Origin: a virus
Length of the DNA: 64,000 nt
IMG/VR virus record: IMGVR_UViG_3300050343_000163
Direction: 5' to 3' (one strand)
Both the position numbers and the translations under genes were made by a program. The notes under the pieces were generated by a model. The model did not search any database and had not been told where the DNA came from. It saw only the letters and a program-made list of their open reading frames with translations. Below, one piece after another: positions 11,401 to 19,500 of the stretch (within the stretch, counting starts at the first letter, position 1; every line of letters begins with the position of its first letter).

Positions 11401-14400
11401 ACAGTTGTATTACCATCACCATTATAGTCACATGTAAATGCTAGAGAATTATCTAGAATTACAATTCCTTTATTAACATCAAGACCATGCTGAGTTCCAA
11501 GTTCTAGAACTAATTCACCAGTAGATGCATTGTAGGTAGTTCCTGTTTGTGCAGTAAGTAATTTATTTGCAGGAGATACACCTACGTTTAATGTAATAGT
11601 TGTATCACTTACACTATCGATAGGTATAGATCTCAATGCGTATGGGTCATGACCTGCTCTTGGATATGTTTTAGTAGCAGTATTTCCATCCATCGTACAT
11701 GTGAACGATAGACTATCAGTATCAAGTACAACACCTTCACCAATACTAAGTCCATGACCAGTACCAATAGTTAGAACCAGAGCACCTGTAGCAGGATCAT
11801 AAGTTGCATCACTTGGAGTCCACTGTTGATCAGGACCAGATACGCCAACATTAATTGTAAATGTATCTGCAGATGTTGATGTTACTGCCAGAGCATTGCC
11901 ATATGCAGTTTGACCAGATTGAGGTAAACTATGCTCAGTGGCATTACCGTCCATTGCACATGTAAATGTGAATGATTCTGGAGAAAGACTAATACTATTA
12001 CTTGTAGTAACACTATGACCTGTCACAGTCATTGTGAAATCACCATTAGCAGGATTATAGGTAGCTGTTGATGGTGTATGCTGTGCTATTGGAGCGCCTG
12101 CATTTGGATCTGGAAGAATATTCCAATCTTCAAATCTTGGAATAGGTGAAGTTAGTACAGTAGGATTGTAAACAATAATAGTTCCATCTGTTACTGCACT
12201 TACAAATGAATGTGATGAACCAGAAGCAGCTCCTGCATTACCAACGTTACAAGTAACTGTGGTGACACCACCAGAAGATTGAACATTAGTGATGGCATGA
12301 CTCTTGCCATAATTATCATCAGTTTTTAATGGACTTGAGTGTGTTCCAGTAACACTGTTATATGTACATTGGAAGGCAATTGCTTCTTCTTTAAATGCAA
12401 TTCTATCTCCTACATTAGGAGCAATGAGAGGATCAGGGAAGATTACCTCTAATGCACCAGTAGAAGCATTGTATGTTGCGTTAGTTGGAGTGAGATCAAC
12501 ATATGATCCATCAGTCCAGTTACGCATTGCTGCGATAGCATATGTTTTAGCTCTTTGATATGCAAAGATAGTTTCTGCTCTTTGTGCTTCTGGAATACCA
12601 GTTAAAGCAGTTTGTGTAAAGTAAGATTCGGCAGCTATAACAATATTCTCATTACCACCAAATGTTAAATCTTTTGCTAGATTACTTAGCGTAATACCAA
12701 GATCTCTTTTACATTTTCTTTCGTTTGTGTTATCAAGTGAGAATAATGGGAACTGACCTAATGTATCACGTAATGCTTGATCAGCAATTAGATACTTATT
12801 CCTTTCAATTAAGTATGCAGCATCCAGATAAGTTCCATTTTGATTCTTGGTAATAAGATCAACCCAAAGGAATGATAAAGTATCAATTGCAGATTTAACA
12901 TCAGCACAAGCTGGAGTACCCGCAGTTGCTGTGATGACTGTATCATCAAAGTATCTTGTTACAGAAGAATATACAGGAGAATAAATTGGATCTGATGGAG
13001 TACCGTCACCAGTTCTCCAGTTTCTCATTGCAAGGATACAAAGTTCTCGTGCATATTCAATCGCACGGAAGTTTTGAACAATTTCATCCTTGATGTATGC
13101 AATATCACCACCAAGAATATACTTCTTAGCTGCTTCAATAATGTTGAAGTTTGAACCAAATTCTAAATCTCTTACTAGAGCATTAACAAAGTGAATAACG
13201 TCTTGGCGGCATTGCTCATCACCGTCACTTCCTGTGTTATCTCCACTAGTTGGGGAACTATAAGAAGGGTAAGTTTTTTGACCAGCATCACAGGATAGTA
13301 GAATGTCTGCTAACTTAATGGTATCATCTTCTACTAAAGTTGATAAAGCAGAATCTACTGTGATAGTTGCATAACCTGTTATGATATTATCGTAACTAAA
13401 GTTAGTAATATTTACAGTTGTATTTTCAAATTTAACTGTACCACCAGAAACATAAGTATGAGTTACTGGAGTCTGACCTAAGAATACTTTAAATGTATCT
13501 CCACCACCAGTGATTTCAGATACCTGATAATAGTCTTTAGCAAATTGTCTATTGATTCTTCCTACAACTTCATCTGCAATAAACTCTCTGTTATTACGTA
13601 GGAATACACAAGCATCTTGGAATCTTCTTTCTACAGGAGTAGATAGAGGGAATGTGTTTGGTGAGTTTAGTAGTGATAGAGTAATTACTTTTGAAAAACT
13701 CTTAACAGTTGCAAATTGACCAGGATCTAAGTTAGCATCTGTGATAGATGGAACTTTTTTAGGAATTACAAATCTTCTGCAGCGACCATCTGCATCTTCT
13801 AAGACTTTATAAATTCTTTGCTTACCATTTAGAAGTGATAAGTCAGGGTTTGAAGTAGGAAGATTTTCAATTAAAATTTCCTGACCTTCTTTAAACTCGT
13901 GAGTATTTGTTCTACCAACTAGTGCGTTAGTATAGAAGACAACACCACCAAGATCTTCTGCATTACCAAACTGAGCATTTTGGAAACCACCTGTTGTAAT
14001 ACTTGGATCTCCTTGTAAAGAGAAATCAAGTCTAGAAATAGGTAGAGTTGTGGTGTAATCTTCATCTACTGCTACAACCTCACCTTCTGCTCGAATTGAT
14101 TTAATAGCAGTAGTGTCAATATTTTCAGTTTGTGCAGTAGCTTGATTGATTGCATATGTACCACCAACACCAGTTGCATCCCATGTGGGAGCATTTAGAA
14201 TTGGGAAGAATGTTACATCCCAAATATTACTTGCAGATTGCGTAGAATCAATCGCAGAAACTTCATAGAATCCTGTAAAAGCATTACCTGTGGATGGTGT
14301 TCCTACTAATTGTACTACTGTACCACCAGGAATAGTTCCAGTTGGATCTTGTGTAAATCGTAAAGTGTTTGGTCCCTGTTGACCAGTAATAGCAAGGTTG

Positions 14401-15956
14401 ATAGCACTACCTGCACCAGCAGATGTGATATATGAGAATTGCTCACCTTCAACAAAGGAACCAGATTGTAATTGGACATCAATTGTACCATTTACATATG
14501 CACTAGCACCTATTGTAGTTGCAAATTTAACGTCAAATATTTTTGCTCTAGAACCAGTGTTAACACCTTTTACAATTAAACCAGATACTAATGTAGCAAG
14601 ACCTGTATTGTTTTGGAAAGAAACACGGAACTGCTGTGGTCCAAAAATTTGATGACCAACTGGGAATGATGTACCAAAATCACCATTAGCTTCTCTGTCA
14701 ACGATAACTCTTTGCTTATCGTCAAAGACCATAGCAAAATCCCAAGTAGCAACTGCATCGCCATTGGAATCAATTTGGTCACGATAAGTAACACCAATTA
14801 CATAGTTCTTATCACCAAACTTAACAATGTGTTTGCCAGGATTAGCAGGACGAATGATGACCAAACGTAGGTTATCACCAACGATGGAAGAATCGGGTGG
14901 TAGTGAAATTGGGTTATCTTCTACATAATCACCACCAGATACAATAATAGTTTCTTTAACACCAGGCGTTTTCCATGCCTCTTGTGCTGCTTTTTTAATT
15001 GTTCTAACAGGGTTTACAGCAGATCGACCATCATTAAGGTCAGAACCAATCTGTTGTGAAACGTAAATACGACCACCAACGTCATTCGTTGCTAGGTTGA
15101 GGACGTATTCTGTAGTAGCAATCTTGTCTGATCTATCACCCAATAGAGGTGTAATAGATCTTGGGAATACACCAGAGTCTCCAGTATCATTATATCTAAA
15201 CTCATTTGGATCGTTGACGCGGAAACCAATGTGTTTGAAGTCAACATCACCGTTTTTGATGATACCATCAACGTGTTCTGGAGCTTCAGAACCAGTTTGA
15301 CCAGTGTTTAATGCTTGATAAACATTAGCTCCAAAATATCTGTAAGAATCTTTTTGTAGAATAACATTAGCAGACCATAAAATGCCTGTGTTATTCATGT
15401 AATTCTTCAGGTTTGGACCCCTGAAGTTAGCATCTGGAGTAATAAAGTTGTCAATATCTAGGTTTAGAATTCTTGCCGTATCAGAAATGATAGACGTAGA
15501 TGTTCTAATAGCACCATTAATATCAAGTTCATAATCAACAGTATCAAGGAAAGCAGTAGCAGTAGCACCAGAACCACCACCTTCAGAAATAGTAACAATT
15601 GGAGCAATGGTATATCCGCTGCCAGGATTATTAACAGCAATTGTAGTTACTTTGCCATTAAAAGTAAATGCGGAAGCAAGAGCTTGTATACCACCAGCAG
15701 CATTAGGAGGTCCGATAGTTACTGTTGGGTTTACAGTAAATCCACTACCTGCAGTGTCGAGAACGATATTATTAACTCTTTGCCCAGTTCGGTTAATACC
15801 GACACGGGGTAATTGCGTAGTAGAGTCTAACTCAGTTCGCAAGACTTCTTTTTCGTCTGCTCCTGTGCCAACTCTAATCGTGGCTTCATTATCACCGATA
15901 AGTTTAGGATTTACGCCCCTAATCTTTTCTTTATCGGAATTAATATGAAAACTCAT
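5478..15956 (-). CDS. Giant tail fibre/spike protein (3492 aa): beta-helix, phycobiliprotein-like helical domains, nested beta modules, fibre C-terminus
   Basis: RIYVSQQIGSDLNDGRS...VRTIKKA and SPYTQNAS...DGYTQLVSVF are pectate-lyase-like beta-helix motifs. Also GSGYT repeats, ADLLDG repeats, GIGTTTP-like fibre repeats and a C-terminal GPITINNNIVITVADGGSWNIV. Lies between gp8 and gp13. Confidence 0.85.
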   Translation of the reverse strand: MSFHINSDKEKIRGVNPKLIGDNEATIRVGTGADEKEVLRTELDSTTQLPRVGINRTGQRVNNIVLDTAGSGFTVNPTVTIGPPNAAGGIQALASAFTFNGKVTTIAVNNPGSGYTIAPIVTISEGGGSGATATAFLDTVDYELDINGAIRTSTSIISDTARILNLDIDNFITPDANFRGPNLKNYMNNTGILWSANVILQKDSYRYFGANVYQALNTGQTGSEAPEHVDGIIKNGDVDFKHIGFRVNDPNEFRYNDTGDSGVFPRSITPLLGDRSDKIATTEYVLNLATNDVGGRIYVSQQIGSDLNDGRSAVNPVRTIKKAAQEAWKTPGVKETIIVSGGDYVEDNPISLPPDSSIVGDNLRLVIIRPANPGKHIVKFGDKNYVIGVTYRDQIDSNGDAVATWDFAMVFDDKQRVIVDREANGDFGTSFPVGHQIFGPQQFRVSFQNNTGLATLVSGLIVKGVNTGSRAKIFDVKFATTIGASAYVNGTIDVQLQSGSFVEGEQFSYITSAGAGSAINLAITGQQGPNTLRFTQDPTGTIPGGTVVQLVGTPSTGNAFTGFYEVSAIDSTQSASNIWDVTFFPILNAPTWDATGVGGTYAINQATAQTENIDTTAIKSIRAEGEVVAVDEDYTTTLPISRLDFSLQGDPSITTGGFQNAQFGNAEDLGGVVFYTNALVGRTNTHEFKEGQEILIENLPTSNPDLSLLNGKQRIYKVLEDADGRCRRFVIPKKVPSITDANLDPGQFATVKSFSKVITLSLLNSPNTFPLSTPVERRFQDACVFLRNNREFIADEVVGRINRQFAKDYYQVSEITGGGDTFKVFLGQTPVTHTYVSGGTVKFENTTVNITNFSYDNIITGYATITVDSALSTLVEDDTIKLADILLSCDAGQKTYPSYSSPTSGDNTGSDGDEQCRQDVIHFVNALVRDLEFGSNFNIIEAAKKYILGGDIAYIKDEIVQNFRAIEYARELCILAMRNWRTGDGTPSDPIYSPVYSSVTRYFDDTVITATAGTPACADVKSAIDTLSFLWVDLITKNQNGTYLDAAYLIERNKYLIADQALRDTLGQFPLFSLDNTNERKCKRDLGITLSNLAKDLTFGGNENIVIAAESYFTQTALTGIPEAQRAETIFAYQRAKTYAIAAMRNWTDGSYVDLTPTNATYNASTGALEVIFPDPLIAPNVGDRIAFKEEAIAFQCTYNSVTGTHSSPLKTDDNYGKSHAITNVQSSGGVTTVTCNVGNAGAASGSSHSFVSAVTDGTIIVYNPTVLTSPIPRFEDWNILPDPNAGAPIAQHTPSTATYNPANGDFTMTVTGHSVTTSNSISLSPESFTFTCAMDGNATEHSLPQSGQTAYGNALAVTSTSADTFTINVGVSGPDQQWTPSDATYDPATGALVLTIGTGHGLSIGEGVVLDTDSLSFTCTMDGNTATKTYPRAGHDPYALRSIPIDSVSDTTITLNVGVSPANKLLTAQTGTTYNASTGELVLELGTQHGLDVNKGIVILDNSLAFTCDYNGDGNTTVETYPRPSDPASGASLNITAVSSSQHTATNAVYTASSGKLVITSAGHNFANGDYVKIANDSLTFTCDLDGNSVNKTYPRANYDKLSNKWVQISNVTTDTFEINTGLSSYTGTHAFVSALANGIERQTGTVTVNVGAGGAASGEAHTFVSGAAGSITQISQSAHTFVTAATNCLKHLPQSAHTFVRTTNNSVLVYSTGQTSQCSNVASSINTSMDLFEDILDGTVLSGATSRTSNSLYDTSQIISYPDNFVSDANNNRLAIRGDYDDYPIIEASPYTQNASVISFLGGGGAEVDGAKVKQPNCPFPGLELDGTASFPNQGKSMVASAFTIVSFGGTGYKVINDGYTQLVSVFVIFCADGVLAESGGYCSITNSATNFGTFALRGIGFRKDPYAFDIATISNVSSTPTGRTILTLSGLGREPLEHYVVKIDGYRNTNVDIEYFVDVVAGVTVGPPFSAQLTIDDGTGGAMDLTDIATGQAVSTSILSGKTINLHRPSIVNSSSHTWEFAGSGTNYLALPENGGTKVEAYEQVSENYGRVYVSGTDELGDFKVGTFARIENRTGNITFTGTVTISEVEFLKLKGGDVVVTGFDASNTLGGANSSDSKLPTQKAVKDYITNALGPYINKPYSTNAVPRALVELTDSGKISIDQIPALRPFSVFTVANQTERTALEGALAGDIAIQQDTSTSFILNNDNDSLFLGFNPDPALTFTIGDILTGSLTTGRIQSTEYRKGVVFQINISNGGSGYTVAPVVTFAGGNPEAGAVSAAATCTIANGQVVTVTINDFGGFRGGKGYTTAPNITFAAPTGAGTQAQGNALIESRIYGDIVNNIKIEDTDTVDDSTSPTANTVNITRVVNTSSFDANNWVSLSSNQIAASDITSGVIETDRLAVGGSANSFTFLRGDSSFALAMQSLKGAESRYFARLASQCTTGSSQMIFTTNSDVLIGHEVKNTVSGIQTNTNITGVITAAGLTTISLNNPVNATIPLGTIIEFERGASPLSFESTFTQGGFVDDVIISNAGSGYTNGQYFDVSLTGGTGTGLKVNIVVAGNVVTEITVTDGGTGYSSDFTVTSAPGVIGAGSSLVLESKVSTVNRQYANVSIDVQRVTDLTISADLYGTIGVSRYKKSQFNLGQAGNGSVELKTGADSGLDADLLDGVQGTFYLNASNMSAGTLSSDRLAGTYNIAISGTAGNTIRVLTGTNNPSSSPAPNNFSSGIVANTIFNSANGLTDGGTRNMTVTFRNGGSGFDAGFGGVRQLAFTDNDNMYLRGSGTGVGSFGTWAKVWTSLNDGLDSGLDADRLDNRQGTWYQNALNINEGTLSDNRLPRFISATNFRDNVSVKGFLGDPKFRIYFSGVILDTSATGVFAAGNPINLYNANAQAVGSFVIDSVVTNDDTADNFNDFTILIGRLNSGNFVGALTAGSASNRQPFDDFTLEDGNTVDVGKIVNNSGSGELRLGRTDGQSSSPAIYFRSSQLVSATPDDHYTAKFEAAGGNASLGSGTLALTVLNADAFTINGQKAWNEGNIQFSSANLGSYAVQRDSAGNFSAGTITASLTGAASLNVLKTGDTMTGSLVLTGAGSNLTVSGTATVNNTTTLTADLNVDNYTLFVDSSENKIGIGETVFTNRAGESYVKLRIRPSNFNSYGTVHGMDIAQFNGNWVDGSSGADSQFGLALTYNDTVRGGLLYDHRGSERMALWSSYGRIAFMVDPGRSGNEVPLTVGTEAMTIDYNGSVGISTSTPSSSFKLDVNGTSRFRNYVTLDSANDNSGAGMYFLGSSSQKNFRIGNQIGHSDAFEITASTAGGGQSWNGTPAFLVKGDNRIAINTNATSGTDPTNNQSRNYQLNVQGDINLNGQFFQNNQEFVTSRWTEASNGNDIYRLSKVGVKKQDPTYDLHVLGSTNIEGQTFVNQANTSVLYANGVRQWIDSYGIFKANSQVVAENITVPNGTNCGSFGPITINNNIVITVADGGSWNIV

Positions 15957-15991
15957 GGTGTTCCCGTGCTTTTGACTTTTTTCCTATTCTA

Positions 15992-15998
15992 TATTTAG
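15992..15998 (-). promoter_or_regulatory. Late promoter variant CTAAATA
   Basis: Plus strand tatttag in the 45-nt gap upstream of the 3492-aa gene. Confidence 0.65.
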
Positions 15999-16000
15999 CA

Positions 16001-16501
16001 TCAAGCCCATGCAATACTGATAACTTCTGTGGATGAAACCCACTTAATAGTTGCAGTTGTACCAGCTCTTACTGTGTTATAGCTAAAAACGTTTGTTCCA
16101 CCAGTAGGTTCAATCCCCCAAGTTTCACCTGTAGGAATATCATCTTTAATTACTGTTTGGAAACTAGACATAATATTTACATTTCCTGATCCATCACATG
16201 AGACCGCAGTCTCAAATTTGACAGCATATACAGTTCCTGAATCATTAACTGCAATGATGTTTCCTGTGACAAAATTTAAAGTAGAATTTGCAATAGGAAT
16301 TTTTGTTCCTAATCCATCCAAGTCAAGAGTAGAGGTGTTAAGACCTCGTAAAATATAACGAGTTTGTGAACTATCTGTGAAATGCCTGTTCTTTACTTCT
16401 AGAGTATTAAAATCTTTTGCATTTCTTTCTTCATCAACAATAACAGTTTTGCCGATAGCAAATCCACCTTTAGAATCAAATTTTTCGGTTGTAGTTGCCA
16501 T
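16001..16501 (-). CDS. Small virion structural protein
   Basis: 166-aa beta-rich ORF coupled to the 1795-aa gene. Confidence 0.75.
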   Translation of the reverse strand: MATTTEKFDSKGGFAIGKTVIVDEERNAKDFNTLEVKNRHFTDSSQTRYILRGLNTSTLDLDGLGTKIPIANSTLNFVTGNIIAVNDSGTVYAVKFETAVSCDGSGNVNIMSSFQTVIKDDIPTGETWGIEPTGGTNVFSYNTVRAGTTATIKWVSSTEVISIAWA

Positions 16502-16503
16502 TT

Positions 16504-19500
16504 TTATTTCTTAGTAATAGTAGATACGATAGTGATCTCGATTTGATGACCAGTGGTGAGGTCTGATCCAACTGTAAAATTGATTCTAGCAAAGTTGCCA
16601 GATGTTCTTTCAAAAGTAGGGACAATTAGTTGTTGTCCTGTTCTGACATTACCATACTCTGTATGGAAGATGTCTGTTCCATTATCTATAATACCAAACT
16701 CAAAGAATTCTCTATCATTATTATTTAAGTTCTCAGCAACTACAACTGTCTTAGCTCCTACCGCTGCTTGAGCATCGTAGATATCAGATCCACTGGAGTT
16801 TGCAGAACCTTTTGTTAGAGTTACTTTTTCTGTCAAGATCTTAGTGTCTGCAAGTTCAAACTCTTTGAGATCTCCATCAAAAACTTTTACTCCAGTAAAG
16901 TTACCTGTACCAAATGAGGTATTGAAATAAACATCACCTTGATTGTCAAGTCTAAGAACTGGGTCAACTGATAAACCACCTGAAAGACCTAAGTCAAAAT
17001 ATTGCTTACTGGTATGTAAGAATGTTCTATCTGTTTGAGTATTATCAAGAGTTGTTTCAGCATTATCAAATGTCATCAAGCTTGCTGTAATTTCAAACTC
17101 GCTAGATGTGCTTGAGATAATAGTATCTACGCTGTAGAATTCAAGTGCGGATGCGGTAAGACGCATCGTATTTGTTCCATCATTGTAGAAGTATAATATG
17201 TTTTCGTTTGCACCAGGTGCAGTTTCGGGAATAATATAAGTGTTTTGATCAACGTCTTTTACTCCACCAAGAGAACCCCAGTTGGTTCCGTCATATCCTT
17301 CAAACTGACCAGCAGTTGTATTGAATCTAACACCACCCTGTATTACTGAACCTCTGTCTGCATCAGAACCAGATGGAAGTGCTAAACTGGTATTTGTATT
17401 ACATACAATTTTCTTACCAGAGTTTGGTTGTAAAGTAATATCATTAAGATCTGTAGAGATAATGTTATCTCTAAGTCTTAAATCTCCATTGATTACTAAA
17501 GGAGAAGAACCTAATGGATCTAATCTAATTTCTTCAACGTCAACAAATGTTAGAGGACCAACTGCAAGACCCCAGAAAGTTAATGTGCAGCTACCATTAG
17601 TTACAGCACCACTTGTATGTGTAGGTTCATTACCACTTGTAGCAGTGTTACCTGCTACTGTAACTTCGTATAAATTATTTTTGTGCTTTAGATATGCACC
17701 AACTAGTACAGGTGCATTAGCAATCCAATCTGTAAATGCTGGAGCAGATGTATTTGCAGACTTGATAGTCTTATTAGTTCTAAACTCTAATTCATTTGGT
17801 GTAAATTTAACAGTATTAGATCCATCATTGTAGAACCAAAGTGTGTTATCATTAGAACCAATTGAAAGTTCTGCAGTAATGTAAGTATTACCATCTAGAT
17901 CTCTAATACCACCAAGTGAAGACCAAGAAGAGGAAGAAGCACTATAACCTTCATATTGATTACTATCTGTGTTATATCTGATCGATCCATTTTCTGCGGC
18001 ACTAGCACCAGGACGTTGTGCAGATGTACCAGCAGGAATGTTGATAGAACCAAAACCAGTAACTTTGGTGACCTTACCAGTAGGTGCAGTTAGAACTAGG
18101 TCACTACCAGCATCGGTAGAAATAACATTATTCTCAATAGTTATTTTGTCATTGATATTTAATTTATCTGTAGTCTTAAGTTCACCCGAAGTAAGAACGT
18201 TACCGTCTGCCTGAGTAACAGTCAATCCACCAACTGTAAAGTCTGCAGTAGACTCTACAGAAGTTCCTGTTAAAGTAAGAGCAGCATCTGAAGTAATTAA
18301 TGGAGTTGTAACGCTAGTGGTTGCTGCAACAGTTGTAGAAGAAACATCAGGAGCACTGAGAGTATCAATAGTACCTTCAGTAGCTTTAATATCAGCAACA
18401 GTTACCTCACCAGTAAGAACTTCCATTGTGACGATATTCACAGATGAAATATCCGTAGCTCTTAGAATTAATCCACTACCAAATACTTTAGGATTATTTG
18501 GATCAATGGTGATTAATGCTTCTTGATTATCTTCACCACCTTCATTTTCATGACCAATACCAGAATTACAGAAATAGTAAAGGTTTGGAGTTACAGAAGT
18601 AACAGTTAGATCGAGATAGTCATTACCTTTCTCTACACCATCAGTATATTCAACACCAGAGAAATTAACAACCACAGCACCTGCTGTAGTTGGAAGAAGA
18701 GAAACAGTTACTTGAGTAGCACTATCAATAGAAACAACTCTTGTATCAGATGCTAATACACCAGCACCGCTAACAGTTGAAACAAGCATTCCTTCTACAA
18801 TTCCTGTAGTGGATGCCACGGTTAGAGTATAACTAGCTACATCTAATGTTGTGCTAACATTCTCTACTAAACTTGGAGCATATGGTCCGTCTCTAAATTC
18901 ACTAAGAGCAAATTGGTGACCAGATACACTGTTATCACTCAAATCAAATCTATAAGTGTTACCAACATAAATTGTCCACGATGGAGTAATTTGTGGTCCA
19001 GATCCAACGTCAATTAAGAATCTAAATTCAAGAACAGATGCTGTATCAACTGTATATTGTGTTCCAGCAGCACCAGTCTTAACAAATGTATTTCCAGAAG
19101 TAAATAAAGTTGCTTGATCTACTTCAATTAAGATAGTAGAAATATTACCACTGCCATCTAAAGCAATATCTACAATTGTAACTGGGGTGGCAACATTTAC
19201 GGTGTCTGCTGTAATTGTAATATCATCTGCAGGCGTAGCTCCACCAATTAAGTTACCAGCAATAGTTAAAGTATCACTATTAGAGTATCCTAGACCAGCA
19301 GCATTGAGAGTTACGCCAATAATTAAACCATTGGTGCTTCTCTCTACATCAAATGTTGCACCACTACCACCACCAGCAGATGTTGATGCAACACCAGTAA
19401 ATGATCCCTGCTCATCTGATGTGAATGTTAGGTTGATACTAGCAGTTTGAAGGAATGCAGCAGATAGTGTTACTTGAGTTGCACTATCAACAGATGCAAC

